From Thermoleophilia bacterium (GTDB lineage Bacteria; Actinomycetota; Thermoleophilia; RBG-16-64-13): a DNA stretch of 64,000 nucleotides. The DNA lies in the NCBI GenBank assembly GCA_027493445.1, contig JAOSKU010000001.1, positions 1,803,936-1,867,935 on the forward strand, given 5' to 3'. Shown piece by piece: positions 30,932-41,113 of the stretch (its first letter is position 1; the number at the start of each line of letters is the position of its first letter). A program made the translations under genes and the position numbers. The notes under the pieces were generated by a model that searched no databases, was not told where the DNA came from, and saw nothing but the letters and a program-made list of their open reading frames with translations.

Positions 30932-31569
30932 TGGTGGAGAGGACCACCCGATTGATCATCGTCGACGACCATGCCGTCGTGCGTCGAGGATTGAGGAGTG
31001 TTCTCGAGAGCTGCCGGGATTTCTCCGTGGTAGGAGAAGCTGCGAACGGCGAGGAGGCCCTGCGGCTTGCTGCGAAACTGCGCCCGGATATCGTCCTTCT
31101 CGACTTGAATCTGCCGGGTAGGAACGGGCTGGAGGTCATTCCGGAACTGCTCACCGGCGCGGACGATCGGCCCGCCGTTTTGGTCCTCACCGTTCACGCG
31201 GATGATGACATCGTGCTGAAAGCCGTCACCGCCGGTGCAAGCGGCTACGTACTGAAACACGCCTCGGCTGAGGAATTGGTGCAGGCGATCCGGCGCGTTG
31301 CTGCCGGGGGCCACTATTTCGACGACATCGTGATGAAGACACTCCTCAGGCAAACGCGCCAGGAGAAAGAGCCCCAACTCCTCACCGAACACGAACTCAG
31401 AGTACTGCAGCTGGTGGCGGAGGGACTGACCAACAAGGAGATCGCGCAGGAGCTCTTCCTGAGCGCGGACACGGTGAAGAGCCACCTCGAGACTATATTC
31501 CGGAAGCTTGGCGTGTCGCATCGGGCACACGCGGTGGCGGTGGCGATGAGGACGGGCATGCTCAAATGA
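30931..31569 (+). CDS. NarL/FixJ-family response regulator (REC + LuxR HTH)
   Basis: LIIVDDHAVVRRGL, DIVLLDLNLPGRNG, and the C-terminal LTNKEIAQELFLSADTVKSHL. Confidence 0.85.
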   Translation: MVERTTRLIIVDDHAVVRRGLRSVLESCRDFSVVGEAANGEEALRLAAKLRPDIVLLDLNLPGRNGLEVIPELLTGADDRPAVLVLTVHADDDIVLKAVTAGASGYVLKHASAEELVQAIRRVAAGGHYFDDIVMKTLLRQTRQEKEPQLLTEHELRVLQLVAEGLTNKEIAQELFLSADTVKSHLETIFRKLGVSHRAHAVAVAMRTGMLK

Positions 31570-33191
31570 GCCCGCAGCTGGACTCCAGTCCAGGGGGACC
31601 CTTTCTGGTTCTTCGAGAAACGCCCCGTGTCGATAGGGTCTGGCCGCCGATGGACGCCTTTCTCTACAACGCGATGACGATCAACGCCCCCATAGGGCTC
31701 TCGATCCCGTTTCTGGTCGCGGCGATGGTTCATCCGACCGGAAGCTGGGTCGCGGCCACGATCGTTGCCGCGATCATCTGTGCGACCGAGGGGATCGTCT
31801 ACGCTTTGCTCGTGTCTACCATGCCACGGAGCGGCGGTGAGTACTACTTCCAGAGTCGGATTCTGTCGAGGGGAACCGGTTCGGTGGTCTGTCTCGCTGC
31901 GCTTGTCCTGGGCGGCATGATCTGGGTTGCTGTGGAGGGCTGGTTCGCCGCCTACTTGGCGGTCGGTCCCCTGTTCGTCGTCGCGTCGACCGTGACGCAC
32001 TCCGAGGCTCTCCTGGATGTTGGTGCCTGGCTCCAGAGCCCGTGGGGAGTCCTCCTCCTCTCGATTGCCGTCATCGGCTGGTCGGCATTGGCCAACACCC
32101 TCGGGCTTCGGGTGTACGCTCGGCTGCAGCGCGCCCTTTGGGTGGTGGCGGTTGCGGCGTTGACCACCGTGCTCATCGTTCTCCTGACGTCAAGCGACCT
32201 CTCGCGACTCCCCGTCTACCAAGCGGCGACGATCCAGGCCGCCAACCTTGGATTTCCGGATGCCAATGCCCAGGGATGGCTTGCTCAGACCTTGCTGATC
32301 GTGCCCTTGACGAGCTTCACGCTCGTGTACGCAGCGTGGAGCACCCAGCAGGCAGGAGAGATCAAGAGAGCGTCCGAACCCCGGGTTCAGTTAGTAGTCA
32401 TTCTCGGAGCCATGCTTGCTACGGCAATCGTGTCGGCGGTTCTTGGGGCACTGGTAGTGGATCGTTTTGGCTCGGTCACGCTCGGCGCATCGGCGTTCCT
32501 CTTCTTTCGACACCCGGAGAGCATGCCTCTTCCTGTCATCCCGTTCTTCTGGTTCGTGGTGGCCACTTCGTGGGCCGGCAAGATCTTCGCGATCGTCTTG
32601 ATCGTCCTTTTCAACTCGCTGTTCTGGATGTACGCGCCGAACGCCACTCTTGCGGCATCGCGTGTCATGTTGGCCATGTCGTCAGACCGAGTGCTTCCGC
32701 GCTGGGTCGGGATCTTGCACTTCCGCACCAAGGCGCCCGTGAATGCAATTGCCTCCTTTAGCCTTCTCTGTCTCGTCCCTAGCGTGGTCTTCGCGTTCAG
32801 CAATCAGTGGAGCCTACCTCTCGCCACAGTCGCGATAGTCAACTCTGTCGCATTCGCGCTCACCTGCGCGGCGGGCGCTGCCTTTCCCTACGTCCAAAGG
32901 GAACAGTATCGAGAGTCAATAGCGGCGCGCTATGAGGTGTTGGGAATGCCGCTTGTGACAGTCTGTGGTGCGGCATTCGCGGCGAGTTCCGCTCTCTTGG
33001 TGTTCCTGGACTGGCTTACGTGGAAGCAAGTCGTGGAGCCGTTTCTGGGCGTGGGCCATGGGGTCATGGTTCTGGCGATACTCTCTCTCGTTCTGTATGC
33101 CGGGTCTCTCGTTGCCTACGTCGGCTTCAGCGCCTGGCGGCGGTCGCACGAGGGCGTCGAACTCGAGTTGTGGTATACGGAGACACCGTAG
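31566..33191 (+). CDS. APC-superfamily transporter
   Basis: 541 aa with 12 or more hydrophobic segments. ATGA overlap with the response-regulator stop. Confidence 0.75.
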   Translation: MSPQLDSSPGGPFLVLRETPRVDRVWPPMDAFLYNAMTINAPIGLSIPFLVAAMVHPTGSWVAATIVAAIICATEGIVYALLVSTMPRSGGEYYFQSRILSRGTGSVVCLAALVLGGMIWVAVEGWFAAYLAVGPLFVVASTVTHSEALLDVGAWLQSPWGVLLLSIAVIGWSALANTLGLRVYARLQRALWVVAVAALTTVLIVLLTSSDLSRLPVYQAATIQAANLGFPDANAQGWLAQTLLIVPLTSFTLVYAAWSTQQAGEIKRASEPRVQLVVILGAMLATAIVSAVLGALVVDRFGSVTLGASAFLFFRHPESMPLPVIPFFWFVVATSWAGKIFAIVLIVLFNSLFWMYAPNATLAASRVMLAMSSDRVLPRWVGILHFRTKAPVNAIASFSLLCLVPSVVFAFSNQWSLPLATVAIVNSVAFALTCAAGAAFPYVQREQYRESIAARYEVLGMPLVTVCGAAFAASSALLVFLDWLTWKQVVEPFLGVGHGVMVLAILSLVLYAGSLVAYVGFSAWRRSHEGVELELWYTETP

Positions 33192-33374
33192 TAGACGGCC
33201 TCGACCCTGAGTTGCGCGCTCGGCTTGAGGAGGTCTACGGCGACCGGATGGTTCACCTGCAAATGGCTGCTGGCTTGGACGAGCCAACGGCACGGCGCAC
33301 CTAGGTGTCCGATGGGCCACGCCGCACGTGCACGATCGCGGCACCGTATCCTGCATATTCACTTGGTCAAGGAG

Positions 33375-33689
33375 TACATGGCCCGCAGGGAGGCCCAGGA
33401 CGTGGACGCCACCTCGGCGAGAGCGCTCCTGGGGTTGGCGGACTCCTGGGAGGATGACCGAGATGCCGGCAGGATCGCTCGAGCTATCAGAGCCGCCCGG
33501 CTGAGCTCACACCGGTCACCGGCCCCTGGAGATGTATCTCCCGATACCGACACCATCGTCTACCTGCTCAAAGGCCACCCGGAGGTACGACGGAATCTGG
33601 CCCTCCACCCCGATGACGTGGTGGGCACCAGCGCCATGACCCTCATGGAGAACTACCGGGCAGGGACGCCGCGAACTCCGCCGGCGTGA
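33375..33689 (+). pseudogene. Possible vapB C-terminus fused to truncated vapC N-terminus (remnant)
   Basis: ..ARALLGLADSWEDDRDAGRIARAIRAAR.. then ..DTDTIVYLLKGHPEVRRNL..VGTSAMTLMENYRAG. It ends where the convergent PIN gene begins. Low confidence. Confidence 0.3.
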
Positions 33690-34119
33690 GCGCCTCGCAC
33701 CACGGCGCGACGGCTTCCCGCAGACGTCGATCACCCGTGACCAGAACGGTCTCGGGTAAGGTCGTGAGAAGAGCGAGCACGTGCTCGTCTCCGGGCGCGA
33801 CCGGCCCAACACTCCCCGGCAACGATTCCCCCTCCTTCGCCCAAGGGGGCCCACCTGACGCCGGCGGCTCTCGGAGACTGGCATTTATGACCAGTTCCTC
33901 CAGGATGGCGTCCACGTCGGACTCCGTGAGTTGATGCCTATCTCTGATGGAAGGCCTGAGGAGTACGCGCCGGTACTCGGTGAGCAGCGCCTCAGAAAGC
34001 ACGAAGCGAACGGTCCCCGCCAACATAGCGTCCAAGATACTGCGAGTGGATGACGTGCCGGAACCCGCCAGTACACCGCTCACCACGACGTTCGTGTCAA
34101 AGAGCGTGAGTGGCATCAC
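33643..34119 (-). CDS. PIN-domain toxin
   Basis: MMPLTLFDTNVVVSGVLA... 158 aa. Confidence 0.75.
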   Translation of the reverse strand: MMPLTLFDTNVVVSGVLAGSGTSSTRSILDAMLAGTVRFVLSEALLTEYRRVLLRPSIRDRHQLTESDVDAILEELVINASLREPPASGGPPWAKEGESLPGSVGPVAPGDEHVLALLTTLPETVLVTGDRRLREAVAPWCEALTPAEFAASLPGSSP

Positions 34120-34358
34120 GTGCGCTTGGCACGCACCGCCGCGGTCTCGCGCAATGCAAGGTCCATCGCTTCCTCGTCGGTCATGCCGGAGCTGGCGCGC
34201 GCACGCGCCACCAGTTGACGCGCGCTTTCCCGAGAGCGGATGCCGGCCAGCTCGAGGCTCTCATCGACAATCGCTGTGATGGTGGTGCCGCGGCGGGCAG
34301 CAGCCTCCTTCAGCGCCCGTTGCCTCTCCTCGCTCAGCGTGATCGTCATCCTGGGCAT
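34116..34358 (-). CDS. Ribbon-helix-helix (CopG-like) antitoxin
   Basis: MPRMTITLSEERQRALKEAAARRGTTITAIVDESL. 4-nt overlap with the PIN gene. Confidence 0.7.
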   Translation of the reverse strand: MPRMTITLSEERQRALKEAAARRGTTITAIVDESLELAGIRSRESARQLVARARASSGMTDEEAMDLALRETAAVRAKRT

Positions 34359-34534
34359 GACACCCTCCTCGCACGCCGGTACTCAAGATGGGGCGGTGAC
34401 CGGCGAAATCTGAGTTGTTGATGCCTAAGCATATCGGTGCGTATACATATTAGCACCGCTGTCCAGCAGACGGACAAGTACGCTGACATCAACCGCGATC
34501 ATCGTGAGCCTTGATTGCAGCTGCGATGGCGGCC

Positions 34535-34970
34535 TCAGTCGAAGCGGACGACCTCCAAGCCCAAGCTCAGGGCAGCCGCCGCCATGACCCGGTCGGCAGT
34601 GGCCAGCACCTGGGTTCCGATGGCACGGGCCACGGCCAGGTGAAGGGTGTCGAGGCTGCGCAGTGGAGTCTGCGAGACCAGATCGAAGACCCCCGTTGCG
34701 GCTGCCAAGTGTCCATCCTCCAGCGGGTACCGCCTCAGAAAGCCATCCGTTACGTCCTGCTCCACGACCGCCCACACCCGCCCCCCCGACACTGCTGTTC
34801 AGACTGCCCTCGCGCACCCGGCGAGCGAGCAGCGACCGCATCTCGAGCAGGGTCAGGCTGCTGACAGCCACCGGTCCGACCTGCCGCAGGTAGGCCTCCA
34901 CGTCCTCGGAGCGCGCTTCGTTCAGGTACCACTTGGCCAGGGCGCTGGTATCCATGTAGACGGTGGTCAT
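34535..34970 (-). CDS. vapC: VapC PIN toxin, frameshifted near 34790 (N-half in ORF 34425-35057, C-half in ORF 34535-34792)
   Basis: MTTVYMDTSALAKWYLNE...LTLLEMRSLLARRVREG joined to ..LRSLDTLHLAVARAIGTQVLATADRVMAAAALSLGLEVVRF. Confidence 0.65.
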
Positions 34971-35019
34971 GGCCGGCCCGCGGCCGGGATCGAGGCAGCA
35001 GCCGCGGCCACCCTGGGTC

Positions 35020-35247
35020 TCACCCGTTGTCGCGGTCCTCGCGGATGAGGTTCTCACTAGGGACCTCGAGCCGTCTCATGGTCGAGCGTAGGTCTGCGTG
35101 AGAGGGCATGGGCCGCGTCCTCTCGAAGGGGACCATCCGGGCTATGGGGCGACCCCGCCGGGTGATGACCAGCTCGCCTTCACGCTGCACCAGTTCTTCA
35201 AGGCCCGGCAGTGCTCCCCGCATCTCTCGAATCGACACCCTGCGCAC
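35020..35247 (-). CDS. phd: Phd/YefM-family antitoxin
   Basis: VRRVSIREMRGALPGLEELVQREGELVITRRGRPIARMVPFE. GTG preceded by GGAGGTGAGG. Confidence 0.65.
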   Translation of the reverse strand: MRRVSIREMRGALPGLEELVQREGELVITRRGRPIARMVPFERTRPMPSHADLRSTMRRLEVPSENLIREDRDNG

Positions 35248-35251
35248 CGCC

Positions 35252-35562
35252 TCACCTCCGCGGTTGCCCTGTGACACATTTCGATTCGATTGTAGCACTT
35301 CCACCCTTCGGCTCTCGCGCAGAAGCCTCTTTCCCATCCCACGGCAAGGCTTCAACGTGCCCAGCAGCGGCCATACACCCTTGGTAGGACGCTGGGGCGG
35401 CCAGCGGATTGAGCTTGTTCAACGAAGAGGACGAACCGCCAGCTGCGACGGGCGCGCGATGAGGACCGGCCAAGCCGACGCTGGCCGTGGGGATCGCCTC
35501 ACGGTCGGAAGTTGCGAGGGGGATGTCGGCCAACGTCTTCATGGGTGCAGACTACCACGCGT
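35252..35562 (-). pseudogene. MNT 5' region remnant (conserved MKTLADIPLATSDREAI start shared with 51050-51229 and 55700-55800)
   Basis: The first 17 codons and about 50 nt of upstream sequence are conserved in three loci. The downstream sequence here does not continue as a nucleotidyltransferase. Confidence 0.35.
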
Positions 35563-35667
35563 CTCGCCATGATGCGGTCTCCTCATGATCTGCGCACATG
35601 GCGTAGTACAACCGGGCTCGCCCGGCCCGTGGATGCCGCGGGCCGGCGTCGCCGGAGGGCCTCATTA

Positions 35668-35870
35668 GAAGCGGACGACCTGGAGGCCCAAGCTTAGGCA
35701 GCTTGCGGCCAGGACCCGGTCGGCAGTGGCCAGCACCTAGGTTCCGATGGCACGGGCCACGACCAGGTGAAGGGCATCGAGGCTGCACAACGGAGCCTGC
35801 GGGACCAGATCGAAGACCCCCGTCGTGGCTGGCAGGTGTCCATCCTCCAGCGGGTGCCCGTCACAATCAC
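35668..35870 (-). pseudogene. Partial duplicate of vapC C-terminal half (copy of 34535-34715) with CAG to TAG nonsense codon
   Basis: ..SLDALHLVVARAIGT TAG VLATADRVLAASCLSLGLQVVRF. The nucleotide repeat with 34535-34720 is visible by eye. Confidence 0.5.
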
Positions 35871-36272
35871 TTGAGCATCTTGATGATGTGCTTCGCCAGT
35901 GTGCCTTGATGTCTCGGTGTCTGGGCACGGGTTGGCTCACTTTGCTTGCGGGGTTCTGATACCAGTCATGATTGGACGCACGGAATCTCGCCCGAGGTGA
36001 GCTCCCGGTAGATGTCCAGCAGATTCTCTTTGAGTTCCTCCACGGTTGTGCCCTGCGTCCTCCGAGCAGCAGGACGATGCTGCGCGGTGGCCCGGCGGAA
36101 GCAGACCCAAGCCGTCGAAGAAGATCATGTTCAGCTCGCAGTATGCGAGACGACGCATAGGCTCCTAAGCTAAGCACGAGATCACAGATGTGGTTCCCGC
36201 CTGGCTGTGCTGGTGGGGGTTGGCGCCGATACCCCACGCCGGCACTCGCGGGCGGAGGTCCGTCGTGTCGGC

Positions 36273-36668
36273 TCACACTGCGCCGTCAGCAGGATCGGTG
36301 CGCGGTGACTCGAGGCGGCGCCGTACTGCGTCAACAAACGCCATGGCCTGCTCGACCGCCCACCTCGCATTGTCGAGGGTCACTTCATCGCCGGTATAGT
36401 CGGCGACCAGGCGGATCTCGGCGGCACGGTTCAGAGTCCTGCCGAGTTCGACAGGCAACAGTCCGGTCTTCACCACGCGCAGGCTGAAGGCGGAGATCAA
36501 GCCGCTGTGAGTCTTCGCCCCGGTCGCATCAACTGGTGCGCCCGACCAAATCAGCGCAGCCCCGGCGGCGTCGAACATGGCGTAGTACGCGCTGTTGCAG
36601 GCTCCGTCCACATCCCTCGCATCTAGAAGCAGCTTGGCGGACGAAGTGGCTCTCGACACCTTGTCCAT
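36273..36668 (-). CDS. HEPN-domain protein (toxin-like partner of MNT)
   Basis: ..NSAYYAMFDAAGAALIW..LVADYTGDEV.. HEPN fold motifs. Confidence 0.75.
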   Translation of the reverse strand: MDKVSRATSSAKLLLDARDVDGACNSAYYAMFDAAGAALIWSGAPVDATGAKTHSGLISAFSLRVVKTGLLPVELGRTLNRAAEIRLVADYTGDEVTLDNARWAVEQAMAFVDAVRRRLESPRTDPADGAV

Positions 36669-36682
36669 GAGGTCCGAAGGAT

Positions 36683-37066
36683 TCAGAGCCTGACTCCATC
36701 GCGATCGATGTTGCGCAGTAGCTCCGGGTTCGGGGAGCGTTCGGGATGCTCCCACTCCTCGTCCCAGATGGGGAGCGGTTGGATCAAGATGCCCGTCTCC
36801 AGAAGGACTTCGTAGGCGATGTCTGCCAACGCGAGCTTGGTGTCGAGAAAGTTGCCCCGAGGCCCTCGCAACAGAACCGCGATGTCCACGTCGCTGTCGG
36901 GCCGATGATCACCTCGCGCCTGGCTGCCGAAAAGGAGGGCGCCCACAAGATCGTACTGCTGCGCCGCCTTCGCGAGAAAGGCGCGGGCTGCCCGCTCAGT
37001 ATCGGCGTTGATTGTGGTCGCCTGCACGCTGGTCTCGCTATCGCGCTGATTGGTGATCGATTCCAT
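36683..37066 (-). CDS. mnt: MNT nucleotidyltransferase
   Basis: GALLFGSQARGDHRPDSDVDIAVLL. Confidence 0.8.
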   Translation of the reverse strand: MESITNQRDSETSVQATTINADTERAARAFLAKAAQQYDLVGALLFGSQARGDHRPDSDVDIAVLLRGPRGNFLDTKLALADIAYEVLLETGILIQPLPIWDEEWEHPERSPNPELLRNIDRDGVRL

Positions 37067-37408
37067 GACACCCCTATCTTCGAGAGACCAGGCGGCGGAG
37101 AAGAATGCGATCTCGCAGCCGAAGAGCGGGTGAGCACCACCTTTACCACCCTCACCAGGACGAATCCGGCCGCCAAGGCCATGGCGGCGGGAGGCGGCCG
37201 GGGAGCTACGCGAGCGGCACCAGGGCGAGGCGGTTTGAACGAAGTCCCGGCCTCAGCGACATCGGCGGCCACCAGCCCTTCAAAGCCGATAGCACGCCCG
37301 ACAAGTCGATCGGGTAGGCAGACAGCCGCACCTGCGCTTGGTTCGCGGCATGCGCAACCTACATCACGTGCGCTAAGATGGCTATGATAATAGCCATCTT
37401 CGAGGGAG

Positions 37409-37693
37409 ATGATCGTGGGTCGCGAGTACTCCATAGCCGAAGCGCGCAACCATCTCTCCCAGGTGGTCAGATTGGCGGAGCACGAGGGAGCAGTAGAGCT
37501 TACCCGCCGGGGAAAGCCGGTGGCGGTTGTGGTCTCGCGTGACGAGTTCCTGCGCCTGCAGACCCCCGCCGGTGAACCGTTCGGCTTCCTGGACAGGTTC
37601 CGCGACGAGCACGACGTCGACCACTGCGGTCTCGAACCCGATGACATGGCTGGACTCAGAGACCCCCACCCCGGCCGGACCGTCGCGCTGTGA
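37409..37693 (+). CDS. phd: Phd/YefM-family antitoxin (family Z)
   Basis: MIVGREYSIAEARNHLSQVVRLAEHEGAVELTRRGKPVAVVVSRDEF. Confidence 0.8.
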   Translation: MIVGREYSIAEARNHLSQVVRLAEHEGAVELTRRGKPVAVVVSRDEFLRLQTPAGEPFGFLDRFRDEHDVDHCGLEPDDMAGLRDPHPGRTVAL

Positions 37694-38121
37694 GGCCCTA
37701 CTTCCTTCTCGACACCTGCATCCTGTCCGAACCTGTCATGCGCCGGCCGAACGCGGACGTGATGGCGCGTATCCTCGAGCACCGGCACGAGGTGGCCACT
37801 GCAGTACCCGCCTGGCACGAGATCACCTACGGCTGCCGCCGCCTACCTCCGTCGCGGAAACGCACCCTCATCGAGGACTACCTGGCTGCGACCGCGTCAT
37901 CTGGGCTCCCAATACTGCCCTACGACACCGCCGCCGCCACCTGGCATGCGGCTGAACGCGCCCGCCTCGAACGTGCCGGCGCCCTTCCCTCCTTCGTCGA
38001 TGGCCAGATCGCGGCCGTGGCCCACAGCAACGATCTCGTGCTCGTCACACGCAACGTGACCGATTTCCAGAAGTTCGCCGGCCTCCGCGTGGAGAACTGG
38101 TTCGAGCCTTCAGAGAGCTGA
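37690..38121 (+). CDS. vapC: VapC PIN toxin (family Z)
   Basis: YFLLDTCILSEPVMRRPNADV...LVLVTRNVTDFQKFAGLRVENW. 4-nt overlap with phd. Confidence 0.85.
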   Translation: MRPYFLLDTCILSEPVMRRPNADVMARILEHRHEVATAVPAWHEITYGCRRLPPSRKRTLIEDYLAATASSGLPILPYDTAAATWHAAERARLERAGALPSFVDGQIAAVAHSNDLVLVTRNVTDFQKFAGLRVENWFEPSES

Positions 38122-38219
38122 GCGCTTCGAAGGCCCCGGTTCACACGGCGCCCAATCGCCGACACGCGGTATTCATCTGTACTCTGAGTCCTCCCGATGG
38201 AGAGAAGCGCCCGCTCATG

Positions 38220-38942
38220 ATGCAGCCCATGCTGCAGCGGGGCCGACCTCGGGGGCGGGGAGCTACGAGAGCGGCACCACGGCGAGGTCGGTTTGAGCGA
38301 AGTCCCGTCCCGGGCAGAGCAAGTGCTGGTCGGCCAGTTTGGCTACGGCGTAGCTCATGCAGTCCCGTAGTTCGGGGCCGCAGGATGCCGGACCCTGCCG
38401 AAGCGCAGGAACGCCTCCGTCGCTTCGTCCCAATGGGCGGCAGCGAAGGGCACCACTGCGATCTCGTACTCCTGAAGGAATCGAGCGAGCTTGGGGCGCG
38501 CGTCGCGATCGAAGCGGGCCGACAGCACGAGCGCGGCCTCGGTCAACGTGGGCGCCCCCACAGCCAAGGGCTCATCGCGATCGATGCGACCCTTCGTGCG
38601 CACCGTGCGGCAGATGGTGTGGGAGGACCAGGTCCTAGGAGGCCGTTGAAGAACGAAGCCCCGGCCGCCCTTCCGGCGCACGACGAGATCGACTTCGCGG
38701 TCGAGCACCTGCAGCAGAAGGAGGAGCTTGTCCACGGACCTACGGCAGTTGGTCGGGTCGAGCAGCCGGTAGAGCTGCGCGGGAGACGTCCCCAGCCGCC
38801 GAATTATCTCCCGCTTCGAGAGCGGACTCTCCGCGACGGCCCTCTCGGCCTCGAGGGCCAGGCGGTAGAGAAGGAAATCGCGTAGGTACGGGATCCGGAC
38901 GCGAGCCCATACCATCATGGAGCAGCCCACGTGCGTGGGCAT
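38220..38942 (-). pseudogene. Chimeric ORF: HTH-type N-terminal segment fused to the C-terminal two thirds of a family-X vapC, itself frameshifted
   Basis: ..SKREIIRRLGTSPAQLYRLLDPTNCRRSVDKLLLLLQVLDREVDLVV.. then ..EPLAVGAPTLTEAALVLSARFDRDARPKLARFLQEYEIAVVPFAAAHWDEATEAFLRFG. The C-terminal ..QTDLAVVPLS lies in another frame. Confidence 0.5.
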
Positions 38943-38971
38943 CGAGCGAGGTTGGGGCGGAAGGAGCCTGC

Positions 38972-39908
38972 TCAGGTTCCTCTAGCTTCCAATCGCTGTC
39001 GCAAGTTCTGCACTTTCCAGGCCATGACGGGGTCCATGGATGCCCGCTCGAGCACACCCGGATACTCGGCCAGCAGTAGCACGGGGCGATACACCGCGTC
39101 CTCACCGAGCAAGCGCATGAACTCCCGTTCGGCCTCGGAACTCGAGCTCAATGGAGAGAGCCACCGCGCCACCGCCTCAAGCATGACCACGTGGCTGGGC
39201 GCCTCATCAGCTCGAAGCATCGCGAACAAAGGGTCAATGAATTCAGGTGCCGGATGGCGGAAGCGTTCCAGCGCGACCACCGGGTCTGTCACGAACGGGA
39301 ACGGGTCCGATGTGCAGATCGCTCGGACCGCGAGCGCCCGAGCAAGCGGGTCCTCCAAGAAGTCCAACACTGTGACGGCCAGCCGGTAAAGGTCGTACAG
39401 GTCCCGCGCGGCCAGGCGCTCCATCATGGCCTTGATCTTTCCGGCCACGAGTTCTGGCAGCCGCAGCGCCGGAAATGAGATCGGCGGGTCCGCGAATTCA
39501 CATGTCCGGTTTTCCGGCTCCAACAAGGGCACGCGGGCAAGGTAGCTGACGTCCACCTTCACGTGGCTACCCGGGTACTTCACGCGGTAGGTCTGACCGC
39601 TGTGCTCGTCGTTCGTACTCTGGACAAGATACCCGAGTGCTCCCACAACATCGCGGCATATCCACCTCCGCCCGCATGGAGCGCATGCCTTTCGCATCGG
39701 CGGCGCCCACGAACATGAGGTCGATGTCGACCGATAGCCTTGGCGCACGATCATGAAAGACGTTGAGCGCCGTCCCGCCGTGTAGAACAAAGACATTGCC
39801 CAACATCGGGTCCTCCCTGAGCGCCGAGAGTACCTCGAGCAGGCGCTCGACTTTGTCAACAACAATGGGGGCGAATCCGATCGGTAGAGTGAGAATGGGC
39901 CGGGTCAT
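38972..39908 (-). CDS. abiEii: AbiEii/AbiGii-family nucleotidyltransferase toxin (type IV TA), frameshift near 39700
   Basis: NTase motif VFVLHGGTALNVFHDRAPRLSVDIDLMF in ORF 39567-40067. C-terminal ..KIKAMMERLAARDLYDLYRL in ORF 38972-39865. The start overlaps the abiEi stop (ATGA). Confidence 0.7.
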
Positions 39909-40714
39909 CCTCGAGTCCACTCGCGATACGGTAGATCGGCCGGAACGTAGAGACGCCAACGGGCAACGAATTCCCGTTTGGACTCGCCAATGGCGGGAAG
40001 GAGCCGATAGGTCCCCCTGCCGAGCAAATCGCGCATCTCCTCGAGCACGGATGTGTCGACGCGCCAACTGTCGGCGAACATCTCGAGTGTCCAGCCGGCG
40101 CGGGCAGCCAGCGTCGGAGAGCCCAGCAGTCGCGCGTAGGCCGCGACTCGCTCGGGCGACATCGATGTGAACCCGCCGACACTGCGTAGCAGTTCTTCGA
40201 GCCCTCCGGCAAGACTCGGGTCGCGAAGGCAGTCGACGAGCGTGCGCTCCTTGGTGCTCACCGGCACTATCGCCTGCCCCGCTCTTATGCGTGTCACGAA
40301 CCCGCTCAACGTAGCTGAAGATCCCGGCACCAGAGGCGGCGCTACGCGACGGAACCGATAGCCGCGTACCTCGAAGTCACGTATCTTGGTGACAGAGGTG
40401 AAATACACGGTCCGCAGGGGCGAATGCGCAACGCCGTGCGCCTCGAGGGCTGTGTGGTGAGTAAGGACGGCATCTTTGGCAGCCTTCGCGGCTACCAGGT
40501 AGACATTGGGGACCCGATCGCGATACACGCCAATATTCGATGCATACAGACCCCGCCTCACTCGATAGGCCGAACCCCGCGCCACAGCGTTTTGCAGGTT
40601 TGCATAGCGAGTGCGTTCTGATACCGTCGGATCGACGCTAGCCACGTACTCCTCGAGGGTGAACACTTCATGGTCCTCGAGGAAACGGAGCGTCGCCGAG
40701 GCCTTGGTGTTCAT
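39905..40714 (-). CDS. abiEi: AbiEi-family antitoxin/transcriptional regulator
   Basis: 269 aa COG5340-like protein immediately upstream of the AbiEii gene. The promoter has the ATACGTAT palindrome and a TATTATAAC -10 element close to the ATG. Confidence 0.75.
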   Translation of the reverse strand: MNTKASATLRFLEDHEVFTLEEYVASVDPTVSERTRYANLQNAVARGSAYRVRRGLYASNIGVYRDRVPNVYLVAAKAAKDAVLTHHTALEAHGVAHSPLRTVYFTSVTKIRDFEVRGYRFRRVAPPLVPGSSATLSGFVTRIRAGQAIVPVSTKERTLVDCLRDPSLAGGLEELLRSVGGFTSMSPERVAAYARLLGSPTLAARAGWTLEMFADSWRVDTSVLEEMRDLLGRGTYRLLPAIGESKREFVARWRLYVPADLPYREWTRG

Positions 40715-40827
40715 AGCGCGGTTATAATACGTATATTCTTGTGCATTACGTGCCCATCATAACACCAGAACAGCCAACAAGCGAGATTGCTCCTCCGGCC
40801 CTCTCGTTTCATGACTACCAAGGCGCC

Positions 40828-41113
40828 CCTCTTCCTTCTCGACACCTGCATCCTGTCCGAACCTGTCATGCGCCGGCCGAACGCGGACGTGATGGCGCGT
40901 ATCCTCGAGCACCGGCACGAGGTGGCCACTGCAGTACCCGCCTGGCACGAGATCACCTACGGCTGCCGCCGCCTACCTCCGTCGCGGAAACGCACCCTCA
41001 TCGAGGACTACCTGGCTGCGACCGCGTCATCTGGGCTCCCAATACTGCCCTACGACACCGCCGCCGCCACCTGGCATGCGGCTGAACGCGCCCGCCTCGA
41101 ACGTGCCGGCGCC
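40828..41113 (+). repeat. Perfect about 286-nt direct duplicate of vapC(Z) 37700-37985; embedded in truncated ORF 40787-41152
   Basis: The two copies are identical base for base as far as I can align by eye. The copy ends inside the gene (..ERAGAL then unrelated TTHAAPRAVCL stop). The upstream context differs from copy 1. Confidence 0.8.

Noticed and set aside
33020-33374. ORFs immediately after the APC permease stop (e.g. 33020-33304, 33225-33689 N-terminal part)
   Set aside because: No recognisable domain and Arg-rich composition. Probably non-coding spacer at the island boundary; only the 3' part (33375-33689) has weak TA-like motifs.
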